Positions 46,922 to 56,609 of a stretch of DNA of 64,000 bases are shown here, piece after piece. The notes under the pieces were generated by a model that saw nothing but the letters and a program-made list of their open reading frames with translations, did no database searches and was not told the DNA's origin. The stretch covers positions 741,345-805,344 of the forward strand of contig CAWCDG010000004.1 in NCBI GenBank assembly GCA_963794325.1, written 5' to 3'. The first letter of the stretch is position 1; every line of letters begins with the position of its first letter. The translations under genes and the position numbers were made by a program. Source of the DNA: an uncultured delta proteobacterium. GTDB lineage: Bacteria; Desulfobacterota; Binatia; Binatales; Binataceae.

Positions 46922-48163
46922 TCACGGCGTCACTTCCGACAGCCGATCTACTTCGCGCAAACTCGGAAACAGCCGATACCACACCGCGACGATCACCAGC
47001 GTGCCGACCCCGCCGATGACTACCGCCGGCACTGTGCCGAACCATGTTGCCGTCACGCCGGATTCGAACTCGCCCAGTTCATTCGATGCGCCCACGAAAA
47101 GCCTGTTCACCGCGCTCACGCGTCCGCGCATCGCGTCAGGCGTCGCCAGTTGCGTCAATGTGGTTCGCACGTAAACGCTCACCATGTCCGATGCGCCGAG
47201 AATAAAAAGCGCCACCATCGAAAGCGTGAAGTTCCGCGACAAGCCGAAAACGATCGTTGCGATTCCGAAAATCGCGACGCACCAGAACATCGCGAGTCCC
47301 GCGCGCCGCGACAGCGCACGTTGTGCCATCGCTATTCCCAACATCGCCGCCCCGAGCGCCGGCGCGCTGCGCAGCAATCCCAATCCCAGCGGCCCGACAT
47401 GCAGGATGTCGCGCGCATAGACCGGCAACAACGCAGTCGCGCCGCCGAGCAGCACCGCGAACAGATCCAATGAGAAGGCGCCGAGGATTAGCGGCTTGCG
47501 CCACACGTACGCAATCCCCGCCGTGATCCGCTCGAACACCGTCGTATCGGCCTCCACTTCGTAGCGCGCGCGGCGCCCGCCGATGCCCATCATCACGATC
47601 GCGATCGTCACGAACAGGATCAGGCACACGCCGTAGTCGACCGCCGGACCCAGGATGTAGATCGCTCCGCCAATCGCCGGCCCCGCGATCACTGCCACCT
47701 GCGATGTCGAAGAAGCCCACGCTACTGCCTGCGGAAATTGATCCTGCGGCACCAGCAGCGGAACGAAAGACTGCGATGCCGGCCCCGCAAATGCCCGCGC
47801 CGCACCGAACAGCGCGAGCACAATGTAGAACGGCCAGACCACGGCGGTCCGCGTCAACGCCAACCACAGAAACCCGCCGGACGCGACCGCGGTGGATAAA
47901 TTGCTGACCACCAGGATCGACTTGCGATCGAAACGATCCGCAAGATGCCCCGCGGGTATCGTGCAGGCCATCATCGGCAGAAACTGGAAGAGCCCCGCGT
48001 AGCCCAGTGCCAGCGGTGTCCGCGCTATCGCGTAAATTTGCCAGCTAACCGCGACTGACTGGATCTGGGTAGCGAGAATCGCGAGGAACGCCGCGCCCAG
48101 GAAGCGGCGAAAGTCGCGATGCGCCAGTGCGCTTGAATTTACTTTCGCGGGCGAGGCATCCAT
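46922..48163 (-). CDS. MFS transporter
   Basis: It has about 12 TM helices. The N-terminus reads DFRRFLGAAFLAILATQIQSVAVSWQIY...LADRFDRK. ATG 48163 has GGGGAGG 7 nt upstream. Confidence 0.8.
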   Translation of the reverse strand: MDASPAKVNSSALAHRDFRRFLGAAFLAILATQIQSVAVSWQIYAIARTPLALGYAGLFQFLPMMACTIPAGHLADRFDRKSILVVSNLSTAVASGGFLWLALTRTAVVWPFYIVLALFGAARAFAGPASQSFVPLLVPQDQFPQAVAWASSTSQVAVIAGPAIGGAIYILGPAVDYGVCLILFVTIAIVMMGIGGRRARYEVEADTTVFERITAGIAYVWRKPLILGAFSLDLFAVLLGGATALLPVYARDILHVGPLGLGLLRSAPALGAAMLGIAMAQRALSRRAGLAMFWCVAIFGIATIVFGLSRNFTLSMVALFILGASDMVSVYVRTTLTQLATPDAMRGRVSAVNRLFVGASNELGEFESGVTATWFGTVPAVVIGGVGTLVIVAVWYRLFPSLREVDRLSEVTP

Positions 48164-48246
48164 CGGTTGCCTCCCCGTTTGTATTGGAACCGCGGCGCCG
48201 AAGCGACATTTTGCCAATCGGCACTCATCTCGATTAGGCTCGCATC

Positions 48247-49662
48247 ATGGACAAGTCAGCGATTCGAACTCACGTCGATCGGCTTTGGGACGAATCAATC
48301 GTCGCCGAGCTGGTCGAGTACATTCGCATCCCCAACAAGTCGGTCGCGTTCGATCGCGACTGGAAAGCGCACGGCCACATGGACCGCGTCGTCGCGCGCT
48401 TCGAGGATTGGGCGCGCCGCCAGTCCCTCCGCGGGATGAAGCTGGAGGTCGTGCGCCTCGAAGGACGCACCCCGCTGCTGTTCATCGAGATCCCCGGCGA
48501 CTCGGACGATTGCGTGCTGCTCTATGGCCACATGGACAAGCAGCCCGAGATGTCGGGATGGCGCGACGGGCTCGGCCCGTGGAATCCGGTGCGCGAGGGC
48601 GATCGTCTGTACGGCCGCGGCAGCGCCGACGACGGCTACGCGATGTTCGCGTGCCTCGGCGCAATCGGCGCGCTGCAAGCCAACTCGGTCAAGCACGCGC
48701 GATGCGTCGTGATTATCGAGGCATGCGAGGAAAGCGGCAGCTTCGACCTCCCTCATTATATTGCGCATCTCGCGCCGCGCATCGGGCAGCCCAGCCTGTG
48801 CATCGCGCTCGACTCCGGATGCGGCAACTACGAACAACTGTGGCTGACGACCTCGCTGCGCGGCTTGGTCGGCGGGCGCCTGCAAGTCGATATGCTCACC
48901 GAGGGCGTGCACTCGGGCGATGCCGGCGGCGTCGTGCCCGACAGCTTCCGCATCGTGCGCCAGTTGTTAAGCCGCGTCGAGGAGGAGTCAACCGGCAAGG
49001 TGCTCGGTAATGAATTCTACGCGACGATTCCCGACGCGCGCCTCAAGCAAGCGGCCGCGACCGCCAAAGTGCTCGGCGACGACATCTACACAAAGTTCCC
49101 GTTCGTCGAGCACGCACGTCCCGTCAGCAACGATCCCGCGGAGCTGATCCTCAACCGCGCATGGCGGCCCGCGCTCTCGATCATCGGCGCCGACGGCCTG
49201 CCGGCGACCAGTAACGCGGGCAATGTGCTACGCCCGGGCACGGCGGTGAGCGTGTCGCTCAGACTGCCGCCGACGGTCGATGCGAAAGTCGCGTCGCAGA
49301 AGCTGAAAAATATTTTGGAGAAAGATCCGCCTTACGGGTGCAAGGTGACGTTCCAATCCAACTGGGGCGCCAGCGGATGGGATTCTCCAGCGCTATCGCC
49401 ATGGCTCGAGCGCAGCCTCGACGCCGCCTCGAATGACTACTTCGGCAAACCAACTGCGTACATGGGCGAAGGCGGCACGATTCCTTTCATGGGGATGCTG
49501 GGTGAGCGCTTCCCGAAATCTCAATTCCTGATCACCGGTGTGCTAGGCCCACACGCCAACGCCCACGGCCCCAACGAGTTCCTGCACATCCCAACGGCCA
49601 AGAAAGTGACCTGCTGCGTCGCAAAAGTGATCGCCGATCATTTCACTCGCACCAACAGTTAA
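48247..49662 (+). CDS. M20-family metallopeptidase (dipeptidase/ArgE-DapE-like)
   Basis: It reads LLYGHMDKQPEMSGW...GRGSADDGYAMF...IEACEESGS...GGTIPFM. Confidence 0.8.
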   Translation: MDKSAIRTHVDRLWDESIVAELVEYIRIPNKSVAFDRDWKAHGHMDRVVARFEDWARRQSLRGMKLEVVRLEGRTPLLFIEIPGDSDDCVLLYGHMDKQPEMSGWRDGLGPWNPVREGDRLYGRGSADDGYAMFACLGAIGALQANSVKHARCVVIIEACEESGSFDLPHYIAHLAPRIGQPSLCIALDSGCGNYEQLWLTTSLRGLVGGRLQVDMLTEGVHSGDAGGVVPDSFRIVRQLLSRVEEESTGKVLGNEFYATIPDARLKQAAATAKVLGDDIYTKFPFVEHARPVSNDPAELILNRAWRPALSIIGADGLPATSNAGNVLRPGTAVSVSLRLPPTVDAKVASQKLKNILEKDPPYGCKVTFQSNWGASGWDSPALSPWLERSLDAASNDYFGKPTAYMGEGGTIPFMGMLGERFPKSQFLITGVLGPHANAHGPNEFLHIPTAKKVTCCVAKVIADHFTRTNS

Positions 49663-49672
49663 GGAGGACGCC

Positions 49673-50447
49673 ATGTCGATTCGACTTCGTCAGATTGCGC
49701 TGGTCGCTAACAAACTCGCGCCGGTGATCGAGGATCTGAAGGGCGTGTTCGGACTCGAGGTCTGTTACATCGATCCTGGAGTTGGAGCGTTCGGGCTCGA
49801 GAATTCGCTGCTGCCGGTCGGCAACAACTTCATCGAAGTTGTCGCGCCGATCAAGGAAGGCACCGCGGGCGGCCGTTACCTCAAACGGCGCGGCGGCGAC
49901 GGCGGCTACATGGTCATCTGCCAATGCGAGAGTCATGCGGCGCAACTCGAGCGGCGCGAGCGCGCGATCGCGACGGGCATCCGAATCGCGTGGGAGCGAG
50001 AGAGCGGCGGGTATCACGTGATGCAGTTGCATCCGGCGGACACCGGCGGCTCATTCTTCGAGATCGATTGGGACGCGAAGGGCGAGCCCGAAGGCAACTG
50101 GGAACCGGCGGGCGGCAAGCGGATGGCGCAAGGCGAAACGAACGGAAGTCATCAGTGCGTATTCGGCGGTTGAGCTCCAATCACCCGATCCCGCCGGCCT
50201 CGCCGATCGATGGAGTAAAATCGCGGGCGTGCCGGTGCGCAAGGACTCGCGCGGCCGAATCGAGATGCCGCTCGACAACGCGAGCGTCCGCTTCGTCGAG
50301 GCGACCGACGGGCGCGGCGAAGGGCTGTCGGGAATCGACATGGTCGTCGCGGATCGCGCGAAGCTGAATTCCGCCGCCGAGCGCCGCGGCTACAAAACCA
50401 CCGGCGACCAACTGACGATCTGCGGCACGCGCTTCTACTTAGTCTAG
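49673..50447 (+). pseudogene. VOC/glyoxalase-like protein with an apparent +1 frame disruption near 50100-50125
   Basis: The first frame (MSIRLRQIALVANKLAPVIEDL...FFEIDWDAKGEPEGNWEPAGG) stops at 50171-50173. The expected continuation (WRKAKRTEVISAYSAVELQSPDPAGLADRWSKIAGVPV...VRFVEATDGRGEGLSGIDMVV...TICGTRFYLV) is in the +1 frame and ends at 50447. Confidence 0.6.
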
Positions 50448-50468
50448 CCAAATCGCTAGTCTCGCGAT

Positions 50469-52871
50469 GTGCGCAGGATACTGCTCATCGTTGGCATAGT
50501 CGTTGGCGCGGTGGTGCTGATCGCGCTCGGGCTGACCGCGTACGCATTCTTCAATCTGAGTTCGATCGTCGCGCACAACGAGAAGCGAATCCTCGCGCGC
50601 GTGAGCGATGCGCTTGGCCGGCCGGTCCAGGTCGGGAAGATACAGGCGCAGATGGGATGGGGCGTCTCGGTCGAAGTGAGCGGGCTCACGATTGCAGACG
50701 ATCCGGCTTTTTCGCAAAAACCGTTTCTCGCCGCCAACGACGTGTCAGTGGACGTCGAGTTTCTTCCACTGCTGCGCGGCGAGGCGAAGGTCACACGGCT
50801 CGAACTGATCAAGCCCGACATCCGGCTCGTGATGAACGCGGGCGGCGATCTGAATGTGAGTACAATCGGGTCGAGTCCTGAGGATGCCGCCCGAAAAGCG
50901 GCGCATGCGCCGAACCGTCACGGCCACAATCGATCGTCGCTTGGCGACCTGTCGATCAAGGCGCTCAGCATCGAGGACGGCCGGATCTATTTCAACGACC
51001 TTGGCGAAAAGGCGACGCCGATTCACGTCCGCCATCTGGACCTCGACGTGACAAACTTCAACGCCGCTTCGGCGTTTGACATCGCCACGAAATTTGCCTT
51101 TCCAGGTGATGTGCAGAACGTCGCCGCGTCGGGGAAGATCGGACCGTTGCTCAATCAAGGCATGCTGGACGCCTCGGGAATACCCGTCGATCTGACGTTC
51201 AAGCTCGATTCGATTCTGCTCGACAGTCTCCGGCCGCTCGCTGATATCGGTTCGGATATTCCGCCGGGGCTTTCGATTCCCGACGCCGCGTCGATTGGCG
51301 GGACTCTTCGCGGTACGGTCGGCAAACTCGCAATTGCGCTCAGCACCGACCTGACTGCGAACCGGGTCGCATACTCGACGGTGCTCAGCAAGCCCGCGGG
51401 AACTGCGATGACGGTGAATGCGAACGGCACCTGGGGCGATCAGCTCGAGATAGCAAGCATCAACTTGAAGCTGTCCGATCTCGAGGTGACGGCGAGCCGG
51501 TTTGCCGGTTTTTCAACTGGCGGCGCGCAACCCGCAACGCAGCAACCCCTGACCGCGCAAATCGATTCCAACAGTTTCAACCTCGCCAATCTGAGCCCGA
51601 TGATCACTGCTGCGGCCGCGTACGGCGTCGCGGGCACCAGCGAAGTTCACGGCGCGGTGAAACTCGGCAACAACGCACCCGCTATCGATGGAACCGTGAC
51701 GCTGAAACAAGTCGCGCTGAAGCCGCCGTCGTGGCAGAGCGGAGTCAGCGATCTGAATGGATCGGTTCGGTTTGCCAACGGCGTCGAAACGATCGAGCCG
51801 ACCGGCTTCACCTTCGGTTCCGCGCACGCGAACATCGAAGGACGAGTCGAATCGTTGAGCCCGCTGAAAGCGAGTTATTCGTTGAAGGCCGACTCGGTGA
51901 AGCTCGCGCAGATACTCGCCAGCCGTCCACCGACGGACGTGATCAACGGGCTGCTGGTCAACGGCATTGCGGACGGCGAGCTGGCTGCGCCGCGAATCAG
52001 TGCGACGATCAAATCCACCGACGGATCGCTCCAGAATGTTTCATATAACCATCTCGATTTGACGGCGGCCTACTTTAACCGCCGGGTATCGGCGCGTCCG
52101 CTCAACGTCGGATTGTTTGGCGGCTCGCTGGGAGCGAATGCGGATGCGGTCCTCGGCGACGTGCCGACTTTCAACGTCACCCTCGCGATGAGAAATCTGA
52201 ACATGGAGGAGGCGCTGCGCTCGCAGAATATCGATGCGGCCGGAAGGTTGCGCGGATTCCTGACCGGCAACGTGGCGGCGTCGGGCAGCGGCGCGGATTG
52301 GAATCGAATCAGGCCGACTCTTCGCGGCAGCGGCCGAGTGGCGATCGCTAACGGTAAGCTGGTTGGCGTCAATATCGTGGCTGACGCGCTCAACGCGGTC
52401 GCCGCGGCGCCGGGCGTCAGCCAGCTCGTGAACGTGGCCTTCATGTCGAGTCATCACGGGCTGCTGGTCGATCCGGACACCGAGCTGAAATCCGCGAGCA
52501 TGAGCTTTCAGCAAGTAGGGCCGCGATTCACAACGCACGATCTCTTCGTGCAGTCGCCGGACTACGCGATCACGGGCGACGGCTGGTTCGACATGGACAA
52601 GAACATTGAGATGAACGCCGACATCCGCCTCGCGCTCGGACTGCAAGTCGCGATTCCGGTGACGGTGAGCGGGCAACTGCCTGGAGCGCGGGTCTTGCCG
52701 GACGTGCCGAAGCTGGCGGAGCGCGTCGCGATGGGCGCGATTAACACGCCCGGCAATATAATCCGCGGCGGTGTGAACGCGGTCGGCTCGGTGGTCGGCG
52801 CGCCTTCAGCCGGCTCGGCGATTCCGTCGATTCCCAATCCGATTAATGCTCTCAAGAAACTGTGGCATTGA
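50469..52871 (+). CDS. AsmA-family protein
   Basis: It has an N-terminal anchor (ILLIVGIVVGAVVLIALGL) followed by VQVGKIQAQMGWGVSVEVSGLTIADDP...VSVDVEFLPLLRGEAKVTRLELIKPDIRL, which is typical of AsmA. The protein is 800 aa. Confidence 0.8.
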   Translation: MRRILLIVGIVVGAVVLIALGLTAYAFFNLSSIVAHNEKRILARVSDALGRPVQVGKIQAQMGWGVSVEVSGLTIADDPAFSQKPFLAANDVSVDVEFLPLLRGEAKVTRLELIKPDIRLVMNAGGDLNVSTIGSSPEDAARKAAHAPNRHGHNRSSLGDLSIKALSIEDGRIYFNDLGEKATPIHVRHLDLDVTNFNAASAFDIATKFAFPGDVQNVAASGKIGPLLNQGMLDASGIPVDLTFKLDSILLDSLRPLADIGSDIPPGLSIPDAASIGGTLRGTVGKLAIALSTDLTANRVAYSTVLSKPAGTAMTVNANGTWGDQLEIASINLKLSDLEVTASRFAGFSTGGAQPATQQPLTAQIDSNSFNLANLSPMITAAAAYGVAGTSEVHGAVKLGNNAPAIDGTVTLKQVALKPPSWQSGVSDLNGSVRFANGVETIEPTGFTFGSAHANIEGRVESLSPLKASYSLKADSVKLAQILASRPPTDVINGLLVNGIADGELAAPRISATIKSTDGSLQNVSYNHLDLTAAYFNRRVSARPLNVGLFGGSLGANADAVLGDVPTFNVTLAMRNLNMEEALRSQNIDAAGRLRGFLTGNVAASGSGADWNRIRPTLRGSGRVAIANGKLVGVNIVADALNAVAAAPGVSQLVNVAFMSSHHGLLVDPDTELKSASMSFQQVGPRFTTHDLFVQSPDYAITGDGWFDMDKNIEMNADIRLALGLQVAIPVTVSGQLPGARVLPDVPKLAERVAMGAINTPGNIIRGGVNAVGSVVGAPSAGSAIPSIPNPINALKKLWH

Positions 52872-52892
52872 GCACAGCGGGGGCTTCCGCGT

Positions 52893-53072
52893 CTAACGGT
52901 TGAGCAAACCAATCGTGCCGACGATCCACACGACGGTCACGATACCGAAAATCACGCCCGGCAATTCCGAAAGGAAGCAGTTCTGGCACATAGTGAGTCC
53001 CTCGCTCTTGGTCGGAGAAATCACGAACCCGCGAATCGCCGCCACTTGTTTCTGATTGAGCATCGAAGTCAT
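52893..53072 (-). CDS. Small hypothetical tail-anchored membrane protein (59 aa)
   Basis: ATG 53072 has AGGAGG 8 nt upstream. The C-terminal TM helix is LPGVIFGIVTVVWIVGTIGLL. Local GC is low. Confidence 0.45.
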   Translation of the reverse strand: MTSMLNQKQVAAIRGFVISPTKSEGLTMCQNCFLSELPGVIFGIVTVVWIVGTIGLLNR

Positions 53073-53182
53073 TTTGTTCGCCTCCTGATGGAACAACGTC
53101 TTCACCTCTAAGGCGTTAAAACGCCCTGAACGAGTGGTTCAAATGAGGCGAACGGAGCGAACGATTAGCGAAAAGGATTCAG

Positions 53183-53593
53183 TTACGGAAGGATGTCGAA
53201 GCGTCCAAATCGATGCGGCCGATAAATTTCGAAGTCTTGACGGTCAATGGTAAAGACGCGCCGAAGGTTGTCGCGCTCAGCGACGCGCACCAAGGCTGCA
53301 TCTGCGAGATCCATGGGCAGATCGCGATACTTCCACATGAGTTCCCGCATGCGAGGCCAATCGTCAGGACCGAGTCCGGCAAACTGTACGCTTACGAGGT
53401 CGATCATGTCCCATAAAGCCCGCTGGGCCGGTGCACTAGCGCGTAGCAAATGCATCGCTTCGGTAAAGGCCGGCCAGACCGTTATGAGTGGGTCGCGGAT
53501 GGTCGCAAACGCCGCGACGCATCGCTGATTATAGGGATCGCTGCGGTCAATTAGCGCGACGAGAGGACCGGCGTCGACTAGAACGCTTGGCAT
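53183..53593 (-). CDS. vapC: PIN-domain toxin (VapC-like)
   Basis: The acidic residues are conserved in context: VLVDAGPLVAL, TEAMHLL, MDLADAALV and FTIDRQDF. Confidence 0.8.
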   Translation of the reverse strand: MPSVLVDAGPLVALIDRSDPYNQRCVAAFATIRDPLITVWPAFTEAMHLLRASAPAQRALWDMIDLVSVQFAGLGPDDWPRMRELMWKYRDLPMDLADAALVRVAERDNLRRVFTIDRQDFEIYRPHRFGRFDILP

Positions 53594-53852
53594 TCCTTTC
53601 TTCTTGCAGCATTCGTGCGAACCGCTCGCCGGTGCGCTCCGACAAATTCATCCCGCCGCTATCCCAGGAGCCTATCAGATGAGCCACCAGCTCGTAGGGC
53701 GTAGGCTTTGACTTTGAGACCTGCGCCTGTTGGTTTCGCATTGTCGCCAGCGCTTGGCGCACCACTTCGGACTTTGTTAGCCCACGCTCTCGCGCAACTC
53801 GCTCAACGAAAGCGGCGGTCTGCGGATCGATTCTGATGTTCAGGGCGGCCAT
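53547..53852 (-). CDS. vapB: Ribbon-helix-helix antitoxin (VapB/CopG-like)
   Basis: LNIRIDPQTAAFVERVARERGLTKSEVVRQAL fits an RHH fold. The reading frame overlaps the vapC start by 47 nt. I take ATG 53852. Confidence 0.7.
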   Translation of the reverse strand: MAALNIRIDPQTAAFVERVARERGLTKSEVVRQALATMRNQQAQVSKSKPTPYELVAHLIGSWDSGGMNLSERTGERFARMLQEERNAKRSSRRRSSRRAN

Positions 53853-53907
53853 CACCAAATTTGTATCACAGCGTGTAATACAAAGCCACCTTGAGAGGAC
53901 TGGTTTG

Positions 53908-54849
53908 TTAACGCCGAGTGAGCTTGTCTACTTCGGCGAGTTCTTCTGCTGACAGTTTCCAGTTGCCGGCTTTGACGTTCTGCGTCACCTGCTCCGCGCT
54001 GGTTGCGCCGGAGATTACGCTGGAGACTTGCGGTTGCGACGCGAGCCACCCGACTGCCAGCTCGAGCATCGCATGCTCGCGGCTGCTCGCGAACTTCTCG
54101 AGCTTTTCGAGGGTCGCAAAGTTTTCGTCCGTGAGCGCCTGCTTCGCCATCCGCTGCACCAGCGAAAGCCGCGTGCCCTTTGGCGGCTCGGCGCCGCGCT
54201 TGTATTTGCCGGTGAGAAATCCACTTGCCAATGGAAAGTAGGGCAGGATGCCTACGCCGAATTCGCGGCATGCGGGAATCAGTTCGCGCTCGATGCGGCG
54301 GTCGAGCAGGTTGTACTGATTCTGCGCGGAGATATATGAGGCAAGTCCGCGGCTGCGGGAAATCCAGTGCGCATCGACCGCTTGCCACGCCGCGAAGTTG
54401 CTATGTCCGATATAGCGGACCTTGCCGGCGCGCACGAGATCATTGAGCGCTTCGAGCGTCTCATGCTGCGGCGTTTCGGGATCGGGCTGATGAATCTGGT
54501 AGAGGTCGATATAGTCGGTGCCAAGTCGCTTCAGGCTCGCCTCGGCGGCCGCCATGATGTAGCGGTACGATCCTCCTTTCAGATAAGGACCGTCGCCCAT
54601 CGCCATGCCGAACTTGGTCGCGACGATAATGTCGCGGCGGCGATCGCCGAGCGCCTTGCCGAGCAACTCTTCCGAGCCGCCGCGATTGCCGTAAATGTCG
54701 GCGGTGTCGAACAGCGTGATGCCCTCGTCGAGCGCCTTATGCACCACGGCGCGCGTCTGTTCCGCGTCGCATCGCATGCCGAAGTTGTTGCATCCGAGGC
54801 CGACCGCCGAAACCTTGAGTCCGGAATTTCCGAGATTGCGATATTCCAC
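53908..54849 (-). CDS. Aldo/keto reductase
   Basis: It reads MEYRNLGNSGLKVSAVGLGCNNFG...GITLFDTADIYGNRGGSEELLGKAL...IDLYQIHQPD. Confidence 0.88.
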   Translation of the reverse strand: MEYRNLGNSGLKVSAVGLGCNNFGMRCDAEQTRAVVHKALDEGITLFDTADIYGNRGGSEELLGKALGDRRRDIIVATKFGMAMGDGPYLKGGSYRYIMAAAEASLKRLGTDYIDLYQIHQPDPETPQHETLEALNDLVRAGKVRYIGHSNFAAWQAVDAHWISRSRGLASYISAQNQYNLLDRRIERELIPACREFGVGILPYFPLASGFLTGKYKRGAEPPKGTRLSLVQRMAKQALTDENFATLEKLEKFASSREHAMLELAVGWLASQPQVSSVISGATSAEQVTQNVKAGNWKLSAEELAEVDKLTRR

Positions 54850-54869
54850 GATCTATCCTTTTGTGAGCT

Positions 54870-55727
54870 TCATGCTGCGGCTTCGGGAGGAAAGAACACC
54901 AAGGTTCGCACCTCGACGCTTTCGCGCGCCGCGGCGTCCGGCGGACTCGAGGGATCCTCGAAAGCGGAATGCGCGGTGAAGCGCGCTCCCCGTCCGTCGG
55001 AGTCGTAGCACTTGAGCAATAGCACTTCTTCCTTTTGCTGATTCGGAATGTAGTACCATCGATGATTCGGATTATACGCGACCGAGTACACCTCGCCGTC
55101 GCGATCGCGATATTTGAGCACGTGCTTGACGAAGTCGTCCTGCACCATGCTTTGTGCGTCGCAAACTGCCAGCGGAGATTCCTGCACCGGTCCGCGAATC
55201 GGGCGCCAGACGTTGATTACCGCGAAGCGATTCTTGAGCAGTGCATCAGCGTTGTCCGGCAGAAGATCGCGCACGCGTTGCGGCCCACTCTTGAGCGTGT
55301 AGTCGTTGTGCGCGACCTTGACCGGCTCCTGCGCGCCGTTTTCATGGCGCTTCGCCATCGGTCGCGATCGCACGTTATGGTCGAACACGTGCACTTTGAC
55401 GGCGCCGGTAAATTCGCGGACCATCCGCTCGACTTCGGGATAATAAACACGCCGAACTTCTTCGGGGTCGTAAAAATTCTCGACCGCGGTGTTCTGACGC
55501 GTCACCGCAAAGCCTTGGCGGTCGAGAGACAGCTCGCTCATAATCGTGCGGGCGCTGTGAATCGGCACGGTAAACTTTGCGTAGGTTCCGGTCCGCGCGG
55601 GGACGCCCGGCGGCGGCTTGAAGTTGTAGCTGACCGGGCGCTGCTCTTTGTCGGCAAGATAATTGAGCACGCCGCTGACGTAATCGGGACTGCTGTGCGT
55701 CGCAAGCTCGGTATTGGGTGTCGTCAT
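54870..55727 (-). CDS. CmcJ/NvfI-family oxidoreductase-like protein
   Basis: The 285-aa protein reads VHVFDHNVRS...VAHNDYT...RFAVINVWRPI...FTAHSAFEDP, which resembles the family as I remember it. The assignment is from memory only. Confidence 0.45.
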   Translation of the reverse strand: MTTPNTELATHSSPDYVSGVLNYLADKEQRPVSYNFKPPPGVPARTGTYAKFTVPIHSARTIMSELSLDRQGFAVTRQNTAVENFYDPEEVRRVYYPEVERMVREFTGAVKVHVFDHNVRSRPMAKRHENGAQEPVKVAHNDYTLKSGPQRVRDLLPDNADALLKNRFAVINVWRPIRGPVQESPLAVCDAQSMVQDDFVKHVLKYRDRDGEVYSVAYNPNHRWYYIPNQQKEEVLLLKCYDSDGRGARFTAHSAFEDPSSPPDAAARESVEVRTLVFFPPEAAA

Positions 55728-55817
55728 AGGAAGTACTCCTGGGTTCCTTCCCCTTTGCTACGGCAGCCCGCGCGGCGGGTCAAGCGCGATTCTGACGAAG
55801 GTGTCAATATTCAGCGG

Positions 55818-56333
55818 ATGCCCAAGCTGCGCGACATACTGAAGCCGCGGCCGCGAATCCTGTTCGTCGGCATCAATCCAAGTATTCGCTCGGAGCAAAT
55901 GGGGCATCACTTTGCGAGCCCCGGCAATCCGTTCTGGCGACTGCTGTATGCGGCGCGGCTCGTGCCCGAGGAACTTACCAGCGAGCGCGACGCGCGCCTG
56001 ATCGAGTTCGATCTGGCGTTGACCAGTCTCTGCCCGCGCGCGACCCGGTCGGCTGCGGAGTTGACCACCGCTGAAATGATCGCGGGACGAGAAGCGCTCG
56101 CACGAAGGATTCGACGGGTGCGTCCGCGCGTGGTCGCATTCGTGGGAGTGAGCATCTACCGGCGATTTTTTGGAGTCGCGCAAGGCGACGGTGCGGGTCC
56201 CAAGAAGGAGCAAATATTCGGCGCGCGCGTTTTCGTGTTGCCGAATCCCAGCGGCCTGAATGCGAGCTACCCAGGATTCAAGCACAAGTTGATATGGTTC
56301 GAGCGCCTGCGTAAGTTCTCCGAGAATCTGTGA
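55818..56333 (+). CDS. mug: G/U mismatch-specific DNA glycosylase (Mug/TDG family)
   Basis: It reads ILFVGINPSIRSEQMGHHFASPGNPFW...VLPNPSGLNA. I take ATG 55818. The upstream part of the 432-aa track ORF is antisense to the previous gene. Confidence 0.8.
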   Translation: MPKLRDILKPRPRILFVGINPSIRSEQMGHHFASPGNPFWRLLYAARLVPEELTSERDARLIEFDLALTSLCPRATRSAAELTTAEMIAGREALARRIRRVRPRVVAFVGVSIYRRFFGVAQGDGAGPKKEQIFGARVFVLPNPSGLNASYPGFKHKLIWFERLRKFSENL

Positions 56334-56350
56334 GTTCTCTTGCAGTCCAA

Positions 56351-56424
56351 GTGGCACAGGCTTCAGCCTGTGATTCTTTCCTGGATTTATGGACTAGAAA
56401 ATCACAGGCTAAAGCCTGTGCCAC
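56351..56424. repeat. Nested palindromic element (gtggcacaggcttcagcctgtgatt ... aatcacaggctaaagcctgtgccac)
   Basis: The 25-bp inverted arms are separated by about 24 bp. Each arm is itself a hairpin (CACAGGCT-nn-AGCCTGTG). Confidence 0.75.
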
Positions 56425-56476
56425 CAAAATCAATAACCTGAGAGCAAAATGGCGTCCTCGCCATTTTGCGATTAAT

Positions 56477-56609
56477 ACTGGGTGCAGGGGTCACCCCTGC
56501 CGAAGGAGGTGTGGAACCCACCGCGGGTTCCACATTCAATAAAGTGATTTCCCCTTCCCTCGCGTCAGCCCCTTCCTGCCGCTCGCATTGCTCGCTTCGT
56601 CAGGATGAC
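56477..56609. repeat. REP family 1 copy (inverted orientation) followed by an inverted gtcatcctgacgaagc-type unit
   Basis: It contains gcaggggtcacccctgc (56484-56500) and ggaacccaccgcgggttcc (56513-56531). agtgatttccccttccc parallels 60429-60445. The segment 56571-56609 is the reverse complement of 13830-13868 with 2-3 mismatches. Confidence 0.75.

Noticed and set aside
55035-55817. The upstream 260 codons of the 432-aa track ORF that contains the Mug glycosylase.
   Set aside because: That part is antisense to the CmcJ-like gene and has no motifs. The Mug homology begins at ATG 55818.
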